Assembly: GCA_031414955.1 (NCBI GenBank)
Contig: JANOQV010000077.1
Coordinates: 1 to 21,765 of the forward strand
DNA: 21,765 nucleotides
Direction: 5' to 3'
Source of the DNA: Pedosphaera sp.
Lineage (GTDB): Bacteria > Verrucomicrobiota > Verrucomicrobiia > Limisphaerales > SIBH01
Below are positions 1 to 8,657 of the stretch, one piece after another. The translations under genes and the position numbers were made by a program. The notes below the pieces were generated by a model. It did not search any database. It saw only the letters and a list, made by a program, of their open reading frames with translations, and was not told the origin of the DNA. The stretch's first letter is position 1, and the number at the start of each line of letters is the position of its first letter.

Positions 1-75
1 AAACGCTGGCGCGCAACACCAAACGCCTCGACGTTCGCGGAGCGTTTGGAGTGCGGTCGCTTCAGCGCCGCTGTT
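1..75. repeat. REP-like palindromic extragenic repeat (GGAGTGCG family), truncated at window edge
   Basis: AAACGCT (1-7) and CCAAACGC (19-26) are inverted relative to AGCGTTTGG (41-49), followed by GGAGTGCGGTCGCTTCAGCGCCGCT. Lies just downstream of the DUF58 stop. Resemblance to interspersed PVC repeats is from recall. Confidence 0.5.
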
Positions 76-86
76 TTGCGTCGCGT

Positions 87-977
87 TCATGCCCAAACTT
101 CGGATGCTCGGAGTTGCTTGAGCAGCAGGTCTTCCAGCTTCATCGCGGAACTTACGCTGAAGAAGTTGATGCCGCGTGTCGCGCAGAACTCGCGCAGCTT
201 CTGGATGAAGTTCTGCACCGTCTGCTGATACGAGTTCAGCCGGTACTTGCCGAACGTGACTTCCTGGATCTGGCCGCTCTCGGCATCGACGAGTTTCAGG
301 TCGCCATACGTGCCGGGCGCCAGTTCATCGGGCGAAAGGATTTGCACGGCATTGACCTGGAAGCCTCGACCGACCAGTGCGCTCAAGCCCTTCTCGTAAC
401 CGGCGGGATCAAGGAAGTCCGTGAGCACCACGGCGACGCCGGCCTGACGCGCCTCAAGCGCGCCACGGCGCAAGGCCTCGTTGAAGTTCACGCCGCCGCC
501 ACACTTGAGCTTCGTGATGTTCTGGAAAAATTGCAGCGAAGTCTTGCGCCCGCGCACGGCGCGGAGCGCGCCAGCCGTGGCGATGTTCTCGCCCTCGTTT
601 GGAAACGGCACCACCGTCACGCGATCAAATCCGCACAGCGCCACGTAACCCATCGCCGCAGCGATCTGGCGCGCGAAGTCGAACTTGCGCGGCTCGCCGA
701 AGTTCATCGACTCGCTGCAATCGAGGAAGATGCGCACCGGCAGTTCGCGCTCCTCCTCGTAGAGTTTGAGGAACAGTTTTTCGAGGCGGCCGAAGAGATT
801 CCAGTCGAGGTAGCGCAGGTCGTCGCCTGCGACGTAGTTGCGGTAATCTGCGAACTCGACCGACTGCCCCCGTGCCTTGCTCCGTCGCTCGCCCTTGGCG
901 GAACTTTTCGCGCGCCGGGCCGCGAGCAGTTGGAATTGCTCGAGACGACGCAACAGTTCTGGAGTGAGGAGTGACAT
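87..977 (-). CDS. DUF58 domain-containing protein (VWA-like, MoxR-associated family)
   Basis: Motifs G.SVEFADYRNYVAGDDLRYLDWN..GR.EKLFLKLYEEE and a MIDAS-like DCSES. The ATG at 977 overlaps the upstream TGA (TGATG). 296 aa. Confidence 0.93.
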   Translation of the reverse strand: MSLLTPELLRRLEQFQLLAARRAKSSAKGERRSKARGQSVEFADYRNYVAGDDLRYLDWNLFGRLEKLFLKLYEEERELPVRIFLDCSESMNFGEPRKFDFARQIAAAMGYVALCGFDRVTVVPFPNEGENIATAGALRAVRGRKTSLQFFQNITKLKCGGGVNFNEALRRGALEARQAGVAVVLTDFLDPAGYEKGLSALVGRGFQVNAVQILSPDELAPGTYGDLKLVDAESGQIQEVTFGKYRLNSYQQTVQNFIQKLREFCATRGINFFSVSSAMKLEDLLLKQLRASEVWA

Positions 978-1582
978 CAGTTTCGCGCGATGGTCAGTTT
1001 GATTCTCTTGAGTTCCACGCCGCCGGGCACGCTCTGGCGGAAGGGCGGATATTTGCCTGTCGCCTTGCCCTGCGCCTGCCATTGCGTGAGCTGCCGCACG
1101 CCTTCATCCGAAACCAGGAAGACGCACAGCGAAATGCTGCCGCCCGCCGGTGCGCCGAAGTCGTTGCCGGTTCCCGACCAGCTCCCGTTCTCGACATCGA
1201 GCAGCGGGAATTTTGGCGAATACACTCCGCGACCGGAATCAATGACCAGCATCAAGCGATGTCCCGACGGCAACGGATCGGACCGCCCCGAGGCCGGGAA
1301 CCGGCGCGGCACGGACTGGCCCTCCTGCGGGGTTTCGATGGTGACGCTCATCGCGACATCGCTGATCACCACCGGTGTGGAATCGAAGCGCGCGGTGGGG
1401 GCAGGCTGGGGCATCGGGCTTTCGGATTCGTCGGTCGGAGCCGTCTCGCTGATGACTGCGGCCGCAGGTTGCACTGCCACCAGCGATGATTGGCTGCGCT
1501 TCCAAACCCAGACGCCGAGGATGACGACGACGTCGAGGATCAATAAACCGGCCAGCAGCAGAATGATCGTGCGAAGGCGCAT
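977..1582 (-). CDS. Hypothetical membrane-anchored protein
   Basis: N-terminal TM (IILLLAGLLILDVVVILGVWVW), Pro/Ala/Ser/Glu linker, then a beta-rich domain (VTIETPQEGQSV...). Translationally coupled to DUF58. Start could be 1597. Confidence 0.75.
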   Translation of the reverse strand: MRLRTIILLLAGLLILDVVVILGVWVWKRSQSSLVAVQPAAAVISETAPTDESESPMPQPAPTARFDSTPVVISDVAMSVTIETPQEGQSVPRRFPASGRSDPLPSGHRLMLVIDSGRGVYSPKFPLLDVENGSWSGTGNDFGAPAGGSISLCVFLVSDEGVRQLTQWQAQGKATGKYPPFRQSVPGGVELKRIKLTIARN

Positions 1583-1674
1583 ATGGTCAGGCACCACCGT
1601 GCGACACCTCTGTGCCAGGTGGAATCAACACACGGTGGGCGATGCAGGGCATAGGCACGGGAGTCACCAAGCCT

Positions 1675-2247
1675 TCACCACTCCCATTCCTTGAACAGGT
1701 CGGCGATGGAGTATTGGAAGCCGGGCAGCAGTTGTTCGCCTTCGAGCATGGCAGCGGGGCCGAGCAGACGGCGTGAGGTCGGGGAGTGGCAAATCTCAAC
1801 CAACTCGAGCTCGGGGTCGATCACCCACGCGAGTTGAGCGCCGCTGGAAAAGTAATCACTCAACCGCTCGTCCACTTCGCGACGGGTGTTGGAGGGGGAA
1901 AGAACTTCGACCGCCAGGTCGGGCGCGCCCTGGAAAAACTTCGCCTCGCGCCGTTTCAGTCCTCGCAAGCGCTCTTTGCGGACGAAGGAAATGTCCGGCG
2001 CACGGCAGTTCAGGTTTTCCATCCAGAAGCCGGTGCTGGAATCCCACACGGCACCGAGGCGGTGCCGGTCGGCGAAAGTCTTCATCGCCGTTGCAAGCCG
2101 CATGCAAATCTCACCGTGAAGCCAGTTGTTCTTGGGACTCATAACCAGTTCTCCATTGACCAGCTCGCGGTCGTAGCCGTCTTCGGGCAAAGCCTCCAAT
2201 TCGGCCTCGGTCCAGACCTTCTTAGGTGTTTCCAGTGTGGCTGCCAT
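1675..2247 (-). CDS. Uma2 family (DUF820) PD-(D/E)XK-fold endonuclease
   Basis: ELVNGELVMSP, H.EI, RAPDISFV, GAPDLAVEVLSPSN, YF..G..L.WVIDP; 190 aa. Confidence 0.93.
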   Translation of the reverse strand: MAATLETPKKVWTEAELEALPEDGYDRELVNGELVMSPKNNWLHGEICMRLATAMKTFADRHRLGAVWDSSTGFWMENLNCRAPDISFVRKERLRGLKRREAKFFQGAPDLAVEVLSPSNTRREVDERLSDYFSSGAQLAWVIDPELELVEICHSPTSRRLLGPAAMLEGEQLLPGFQYSIADLFKEWEW

Positions 2248-2436
2248 GACGAAACGCTAGGCGAGGCGCCCGGGAGTGTCGAGCCGTGAAACCGTCACGC
2301 GCGCGTGTCTGGGCTGTGCCAGGGAACGGCGTGAGCGGCCCGGCTGGAGGGGTTCCATCGCCCAGGTCGGCGCGGAAATGAAAATACTGCGTGCCGCCGC
2401 GAATGTGATTACGATGCGGCGAATCTCAAGGACGAC

Positions 2437-5400
2437 ATGAGCCATCGCACGGTCAATAACTCGGTCTGGAGGCCGCGAGCGCGCACGAGTTGGAGCGCGG
2501 TGGTGGCCGTCGGCCTTCTCACATTCGGAATGGCGCTCGCCGCCCAGGCCGCCACGGCCCGGTCCAACCCGGCCAGTTTGGCTGCCGAGGTCCGTCCCAT
2601 TCTTTCGGCGAATTGTTTCCACTGCCACGGGCAGGATCCGAAGACGCGCAAGGCCAAGCTGCGGCTTGATACGATCGAAGGGCAGCGGACCAACGACGTC
2701 GTCGTGCCGGGCAAACCGGATCAGAGCGAACTCATCAAGCGCATCTTCACCACCGACCCCGACGATCTGATGCCGCCGGCGGATTCGCATCGCACCCTGG
2801 AGGCGGCGCAGAAGGAGTTGCTCAAGCACTGGGTCGCGCAGGGAGCGCCGTGGCCATCGCACTGGGCCTTCGCGGCCCCGGTTCGTCCGGAGTTACCCAA
2901 GCTGAAGTTGTCCGCCGGGATGAACCCCATCGACGCCTTCATCCGGGCCCGGCTTGCGCAGGAGAAATTGAAACCATCACCGGAAGCGGACCAGACCACG
3001 CTCCTGCGCCGCGTGACGCTCGACCTCATCGGCCTGCCGCCCACGCCGGAGGAAGCGGACGCCTTCCTCGCCGATCACAAACCCGGCGCTTACGAGCGGC
3101 TCGTGGATCGCTTGCTGGCCTCGCCGCATTACGGCGAACGCATGGCGTTGCCCTGGCTTGATGCGGCGCGCTACGCGGACAGCAACGGCTTTCAGCAGGA
3201 CGGCGACACGCATCAGTACGTCTGGCGCGACTGGGTGGTGCGGGCGCTAAACAACAACCTGCCGTTCGATCAATTCACGATTGAGCAGCTCGCGGGCGAC
3301 TTGCTGCCGTCGGCGACGCTGGAGCAGAAGATTGCCACCGGCTTCAACCGCTGCCATTTGCTCAACGGCGAGGGTGGCGCGATCGCGGAAGAACAACGCA
3401 ACGTGGTCGTGTTCGACCGCGTGGACGTGACGGCCACGACCTGGCTGGGCCTGACGATGGCGTGCGCGCAATGCCACGATCACAAATACGACCCGATCAC
3501 GCAGCGCGATTACTACCGCATGTTCGCCTATTTCAACAACGTGCCCGAGAGCGGCGTGCCGGGCGGCAGCGGCCAGTATCGCATCGCGGACCCGGCGCAA
3601 CCGGTCGGCACGGAAGTGGAGTTGGCCAAACTCAAGGCGCTCGAAGATGCCTCGGCCTCCGCGAAGACGGCGGTGGAGAAAATCGAGCGCAGCCCGGAAA
3701 TTGGCGTCGCGCAAACGGCCTGGGAAGCCTCGGCCTGGGGCGAGACCAACACTTATTGGTCGAACCTCGAAGCGATGGAACTGACTTCCAGAGGCGGCGC
3801 GATCCTCGACAAGCTGCGGGATGATTCCATCCTCGTCAGCGGCAAGAATCCCGATCAAGACACCTACACGCTGGTGCTGACGAACAGCCTTTCGGTCCTG
3901 ACCGGCTTGCGGTTGGAGACGATCCCGGACGGACGTTTCCCGGCCAAGGGCGCGGGCCGCTCCGACAGCGGCAACGCGGTGCTCACGGACTTCGCGGCGA
4001 CGGTGGGAGGAAGGAGGATTTCCTTCCAGCGCGCCATTGCCGACTACACGCAGCAGGGTTTCAGCCCGGCCAATGTGTTCGATGCGGACAAGGGTTCCGG
4101 CTGGGCTTTCTTCCCGGACACGGCGTCGCCCCACGCGCTCATTCTGCAAACCGCGTCGCCCGTGGAACTCAAACCCGGCGACGCGCTGACCATCGTGCTC
4201 GACTTCCAATTCAAGAAGCCGCCGCAGCACACGCTGGGACGCTTCCGACTTTCGGCCACGACCAACGCCAGCCCCACCGGCCGCGCGCCGCTGTCGTCCA
4301 ACCTGCTCGCCATTTTGCAAACGCCCGTCGCGGCGCGGAAGTCGAACGATGCGAAGTTGCTGCGCGGCCATTTCCTTTCCAACAGCCCGCCCGCGACGCT
4401 GCTCGCGGCCCGGGCCACGGTGGCGAAGCAGAAGAAGGAGTTCGAAGATTACCGAGCCAGGCTGCCGCGCGTGATGGTGATGTCCGACGCGAAGCCGCGT
4501 CAGACGAAAATTCTCGAGCGCGGCAATTACGAGCAGCCGCGCGATCCGGTTTTCGCCGGGACGCCTGGTTTCTTGCCGCCGCTTCCTCCTGATGCGCCGA
4601 CGAACCGGCTCGGGCTGGCGCGCTGGCTGGTCAGCCCGGAGCATCCGCTCACGGCGCGCGTGCAGGTGAATCGGGCGTGGCAAACTTTTTTCGGCCAGGG
4701 CTTGATCGCGAGTTCCGAGAATCTCGGCACGCAGAGCGAACGGCCGAGTCATCCGGAATTGCTCGACTGGCTGGCCGTGGAGTTTCGCGAGAGCGGCTGG
4801 GATGTGAAGCGATTGCACCGGCTGCTCGTGACTAGTGCGACCTACAAGCAGTCGAGCAGGTTCGCGGTGCCCGGTGCCCAGTCATCCGTGGCGGCGCGGC
4901 GGGCGGGCGCGAAAACCGGACAGCACGTCAGTCCGCCCACGGAGCACGCTTCCCTCCCTGCCTCCGACCTCAAACGCGCCCTCGCCGTCGATCCCAACAA
5001 CCGACTGCTCTGGCGCGGCCCGCGTTTCCGATTGCCGTCCCTGCTGCTGCGCGACGTGGCGCTCGCCTCCAGCGGATTGCTCGAAGCGCGTCTGGGCGGC
5101 AAGCCGGTTTATCCCTACCAACCCAAGGACATATGGGACGGGCTGTCCATCACCAAGGAGCGCGACTTCACCTATCCGCAGTCGAAGGGCGCGGACTTGT
5201 ACCGCCGCAGCCTCTACACGTTCTGGCGGCGCACGGTGGCCCCGGGGAACATGTTCGACGCCTCGGTGCGCCAGACCTGCCAGGTGCGTCCTAGTCTCAC
5301 GAGCACGCCCTTGCACGCGCTCACCATGCTCAACGATCCGACCTGGGTGGAGGCCAGCCGCGCGCTGGCCGAGCGTGTGATGAAGGCCAGCGCCCAGGAT

Positions 5401-5649
5401 GAAGCGCGCCTGAGCGACGCCTTCCGCCGCGTCTGCGCGCGTCCGCCTTCGGCGAGTGATCTGAACATTCTGCGGGGCAGTCTTGACCGGGCGCGGGCGG
5501 AGTTCCGCGCCGAACCGAAGCTGGCCGAAGCTTTCGTGAAATCGGGAAGCAGCCCGCGCGACGCCGCGCTCGACCCGGTGGAACACGCCGCCTGCGCGGC
5601 GGTGTGCCTGGCGATCTACAACCTCGATGAAGCAATGACGAAGGAGTGA
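2437..5649 (+). CDS. Planctomycete cytochrome c / DUF1549 / DUF1553 (PSD1) domain protein
   Basis: Signal peptide; heme motifs CFHCH and CAQCHDHKYDP; NPIDAFI, LLRRVTLDLIGLPPT, YGERMA..WLD.ARYADS, HPLTARVQVNR.W, PSHPELLDWLA, YRRSLYTFWRR. AAGGA RBS upstream. Confidence 0.95.
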   Translation: MSHRTVNNSVWRPRARTSWSAVVAVGLLTFGMALAAQAATARSNPASLAAEVRPILSANCFHCHGQDPKTRKAKLRLDTIEGQRTNDVVVPGKPDQSELIKRIFTTDPDDLMPPADSHRTLEAAQKELLKHWVAQGAPWPSHWAFAAPVRPELPKLKLSAGMNPIDAFIRARLAQEKLKPSPEADQTTLLRRVTLDLIGLPPTPEEADAFLADHKPGAYERLVDRLLASPHYGERMALPWLDAARYADSNGFQQDGDTHQYVWRDWVVRALNNNLPFDQFTIEQLAGDLLPSATLEQKIATGFNRCHLLNGEGGAIAEEQRNVVVFDRVDVTATTWLGLTMACAQCHDHKYDPITQRDYYRMFAYFNNVPESGVPGGSGQYRIADPAQPVGTEVELAKLKALEDASASAKTAVEKIERSPEIGVAQTAWEASAWGETNTYWSNLEAMELTSRGGAILDKLRDDSILVSGKNPDQDTYTLVLTNSLSVLTGLRLETIPDGRFPAKGAGRSDSGNAVLTDFAATVGGRRISFQRAIADYTQQGFSPANVFDADKGSGWAFFPDTASPHALILQTASPVELKPGDALTIVLDFQFKKPPQHTLGRFRLSATTNASPTGRAPLSSNLLAILQTPVAARKSNDAKLLRGHFLSNSPPATLLAARATVAKQKKEFEDYRARLPRVMVMSDAKPRQTKILERGNYEQPRDPVFAGTPGFLPPLPPDAPTNRLGLARWLVSPEHPLTARVQVNRAWQTFFGQGLIASSENLGTQSERPSHPELLDWLAVEFRESGWDVKRLHRLLVTSATYKQSSRFAVPGAQSSVAARRAGAKTGQHVSPPTEHASLPASDLKRALAVDPNNRLLWRGPRFRLPSLLLRDVALASSGLLEARLGGKPVYPYQPKDIWDGLSITKERDFTYPQSKGADLYRRSLYTFWRRTVAPGNMFDASVRQTCQVRPSLTSTPLHALTMLNDPTWVEASRALAERVMKASAQDEARLSDAFRRVCARPPSASDLNILRGSLDRARAEFRAEPKLAEAFVKSGSSPRDAALDPVEHAACAAVCLAIYNLDEAMTKE

Positions 5650-5653
5650 GCCT

Positions 5654-7120
5654 ATGAATCCGCTGTTTACCCGCGACCTCCAATTCACCCGCCGCGAATT
5701 CTTTGGCCGGGGTGCCACTGGCATCGGCGTGGCCGCGCTGGCGGGTTTGCTCGGTCCTGATCTGTTCGGCGCGAACACGCCCAGGACTCCGGGTTTGCCG
5801 CCGCTGCCTGGCCTGCCGCACTTCGCGCCCAAAGCGAAGCGCGTGATCGTGCTCTGGCAGGGCGGTGCGCCCTCGCAAGTCGATCTGTTCGATCACAAGC
5901 CGGGCCTGGCCAAACGACGTCTGGAAGAATTGCCCGAGTCCGTCCGCGCCGGCACGCGGCTTTCCACCATGACGGCGAGCCAGAAGAAGTATCCGATTCT
6001 CCCGGCCATCAAACCCTTCAAGCAGTACGGCAAGTCCGGCCAGTGGTTCTCCGAAATGTTGCCGCACATCGGCTCCATCGCCGACGACATCTGCGTGGTG
6101 AAGACGATGCAGACCGAGGCGGTGAATCACGCGCCGGGCGTCACGCTCTTCATGACGGGCAGCCAGATTCCCGGCCGCCCGAGCATGGGGGCGTGGGCCA
6201 CCTACGGACTGGGCAGCATGACGAGCGAGCTGCCGGCCTTCGTCGTGATGACCTCGGCGGACAAAGGCAAAACCTGCGGCCAGCTTTTCTACGATTATTA
6301 CTGGGGCAGCGGCTTCGTGCCCTCGAAGTATCAAGGCGTGCGCTTCCGCAGCGAAGGCGAGCCGGTGCTGTATCTGAAGAATCCCGACGGCATGTCGGCC
6401 GGCTTGCGGCGGGGGCTGCTTGACGACATCGCCGCGTTGAATCATCGCCATCTGAATGAATTCGGCGACCCCGAGATCGACACCCGCATCGCACAATACG
6501 AGATGGCCTACCGCATGCAGACCAGCGTGCCCGACCTGCTCGACATTTCGCAGGAGCCGCCCTCTGTCCTCGAGCTCTACGGCCCGGATGTGCGGCGCAA
6601 AGGATCCTTCGCGCGCAACTGCCTGCTCGCGCGACGGCTGATCGAGCGCGGCGTCAGCTTCGTGCAACTCATGCACTCCGGCTGGGACCAGCACGGCAAC
6701 CTGAGCACGCAGCTCGAAGTCCAATGCCAGGACACCGATCAACCCAGCGCCGCGCTGGTCAAAGACCTCAAGCTGCGCGGCCTGCTCGAAGACACCATCG
6801 TGCTCTGGGGCGGAGAATTTGGCCGCACCGTCTTCGTGCAGGGCGACATCAACAACAAGAACAGCCACGGTCGCGATCATTTCGGCGCCTGTTACAGCAT
6901 GTGGCTGGCGGGCGGCGGCTTCAAAGGTGGCACCAGCTTCGGGGAGACGGATGAGTTCTGCTACAAGGTCGTGCAGGATCCGGTTCATGTGCATGACTTG
7001 CAGGCCACGATCCTTCACCAGCTCGGTATTCATCACGAAAAGCTCACCTACCGTTATCAGGGCCGCGACTTCCGGCTGACCGACGTGCATGGACAGGTGG
7101 TGAAGGGGATCATTTCTTAA
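5654..7120 (+). CDS. DUF1501 domain-containing protein (sulfatase-like; Tat-type N-terminus)
   Basis: TRREFF Tat-like motif; AKAKRVI.L.Q.GAPSQVDLFD.KP, NCLLARRLIERGV.FVQ, GWDQH, DQPSAALVKDLK.RGLL, WGGEFGRT, GRDH, VHVHDLQATILH, RLTDVHG. Starts 4 bp after the PSD1 gene. Confidence 0.95.
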   Translation: MNPLFTRDLQFTRREFFGRGATGIGVAALAGLLGPDLFGANTPRTPGLPPLPGLPHFAPKAKRVIVLWQGGAPSQVDLFDHKPGLAKRRLEELPESVRAGTRLSTMTASQKKYPILPAIKPFKQYGKSGQWFSEMLPHIGSIADDICVVKTMQTEAVNHAPGVTLFMTGSQIPGRPSMGAWATYGLGSMTSELPAFVVMTSADKGKTCGQLFYDYYWGSGFVPSKYQGVRFRSEGEPVLYLKNPDGMSAGLRRGLLDDIAALNHRHLNEFGDPEIDTRIAQYEMAYRMQTSVPDLLDISQEPPSVLELYGPDVRRKGSFARNCLLARRLIERGVSFVQLMHSGWDQHGNLSTQLEVQCQDTDQPSAALVKDLKLRGLLEDTIVLWGGEFGRTVFVQGDINNKNSHGRDHFGACYSMWLAGGGFKGGTSFGETDEFCYKVVQDPVHVHDLQATILHQLGIHHEKLTYRYQGRDFRLTDVHGQVVKGIIS

Positions 7121-7146
7121 TAATTGCGGCGTTCGATTATTGTCGC

Positions 7147-7226
7147 TTGACAACCCGTAACTTGCCTGCCTCCATGACACCACGCTTTCACAAAGGAAAC
7201 TGGCAGTGGCTGTCAGCACTGTTTGA
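7147..7226 (+). promoter_or_regulatory. Putative promoter/operator region for the barrel-adhesin operon
   Basis: Perfect TTGACA at 7147-7152 but only a weak -10. Near-palindrome CAGT(G)GCTG-T-CAGC-ACTG at 7204-7221. Confidence 0.3.
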
Positions 7227-7455
7227 AAGTCTGGTCTTGGGACAAAAATAAACGCGCCATGCTCTGTCCAGTCTCAATCGATTGTCCGTTTCAGCAGGTT
7301 GAAGCTTTTGTGGCCGGTGGTCGGATCAGTTCCAATGAAGCTCCCTTGCTCCCACTCCAGATGTCGCGAACTCATGAATTGAAGCGCGGCACATTCGCGC
7401 TCTTCCGCAGGGAGGCTTCTCCCAGTCTTCGGTAATTTTGACAATGACGAGCATC

Positions 7456-8637
7456 ATGAAATCTCAAAAACGCAAATCCATCGCGAGTTTCAACTTGGCC
7501 AAACCCGGCGCCTTCGTGACCTGTGCGCTGGGTAGTTTAGGGTTGTTTCTGAGCAGTCCGGAATCCCACGGGCAGGAGTATGTGCCGACCACCGGTTGGC
7601 GTAAGTTGTTCGGCTCCAAGCAATGGAATCCAGGACCGCCAGCGGCCGCGACCCCGCCAGCCACTGCGACCCCGCCGAGCACTGCGACCCCGCCGAGCAC
7701 TGCGGCCCCGCCGAGCACTGCGGCCCCGCCGAGCACTGCGACCCCGGTGGTTGCTCCGGCCGAGTTGCCGGATTCGCCCAAGCTTGAAACTGGGCAGGGG
7801 AAAGGGAGAAAGCATGAGATTTCAGTAGCTGCTGACTTCATGCTCGGAGAAGGCGATGTGACCGTGCCGCTTGGTTATTCCTTGAAAGAATCGGTGCCGG
7901 GCCAGATTCAACAACAGGCCGCCTCCGCCGCTCGCAGTTCCATCTATTATGGCGGTTCCATTACCTACTCCTACGGGCAGGCTTGGAATGTCGATCTTTC
8001 TTCCGTGCAAGGCGATTCTTCCGGAAGTGTTTCCTTCCCGGCCTTTACGCCGGCCCAAAACGGCGGCGAGGACTTCAAGACGAAGTTCAGCATTGAGGAT
8101 CAGTGGTATCAGGCTTACCTGCGTTACAACTTCACGGAATGGCTGCGCGGCTCGAAGTTCTCGCTCTACCTGCGCGGCGGCGTCTCTTATGTCACGGCCG
8201 ATTTGGCGGTGGATGCAATCGGAGCAGGGGAGGGCAATTACAGCCAGACGGACGCGACCACGGATATTCTGGGCAACCTGGGTTTTGGCGTCCGTTATGC
8301 GCTTTATACCTCCGCCTCCAGAAAGGTTCGCCTCGCACTGTCAGGCGAAGGGGAAGGCTTTTACGGGTTTCGCAACCAGGAGAGTCGGGAGACCTTGAGC
8401 GAAACGGATGTGGATTTTGTCACTTCCAAGATCGAGAACACTTTGTACGGCGGCATTGGCCGGGTCACATTGCGCATGGACTATCTGTTTGGAAAGTCTG
8501 GCGCCTGGAAGGCCTACGGAGAACTCGGGGCGCAGGTTCGCTACACCCTGATTGACTATCCCGACGCCACCGGTTCCACCCCCAGCGAGTTGCTGTGGGG
8601 GCCGTATGCCAAAATCGGATTGCGTTACAGCTTCTAA
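7456..8637 (+). CDS. Putative outer-membrane beta-barrel protein with N-terminal Pro/Ser/Thr/Ala linker
   Basis: Signal peptide (..SHG|Q), PPSTA repeats, about 10 amphipathic strands, and a C-terminal BAM-type signal YAKIGLRYSF. Alternative starts at 7438 and 7444. Confidence 0.82.
   Translation: MKSQKRKSIASFNLAKPGAFVTCALGSLGLFLSSPESHGQEYVPTTGWRKLFGSKQWNPGPPAAATPPATATPPSTATPPSTAAPPSTAAPPSTATPVVAPAELPDSPKLETGQGKGRKHEISVAADFMLGEGDVTVPLGYSLKESVPGQIQQQAASAARSSIYYGGSITYSYGQAWNVDLSSVQGDSSGSVSFPAFTPAQNGGEDFKTKFSIEDQWYQAYLRYNFTEWLRGSKFSLYLRGGVSYVTADLAVDAIGAGEGNYSQTDATTDILGNLGFGVRYALYTSASRKVRLALSGEGEGFYGFRNQESRETLSETDVDFVTSKIENTLYGGIGRVTLRMDYLFGKSGAWKAYGELGAQVRYTLIDYPDATGSTPSELLWGPYAKIGLRYSF
7651..7740 (+). 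repeat. Intragenic 18-bp tandem repeat x5 encoding (T/A)PP(S/A)TA
   Basis: Units at 7651, 7669, 7687, 7705 and 7723 with consensus RCCCCGCCGAGCACTGCG; degenerate unit at 7633-7650. Confidence 0.95.
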
Positions 8638-8657
8638 GCTCATTTGTTGAAACCGTT

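Noticed and set aside
51..974. 307-aa plus-strand ORF
   Set aside because: Antisense shadow of DUF58.
3247..7219. Long antisense ORFs (3247-4818, 4882-5832, 5330-7219)
   Set aside because: Shadow frames of GC-rich, well-supported plus-strand genes; no recognisable motifs.
7190..7260. Possible c-di-GMP-I riboswitch or sigma54 promoter
   Set aside because: Only fragments (GGAAAC, GAAA, GGGAC) without the correct stems; GG-N10-GC spacing is not met.
7651..7740. Possible CRISPR array
   Set aside because: Contiguous in-frame repeats with no spacers, and no cas genes.
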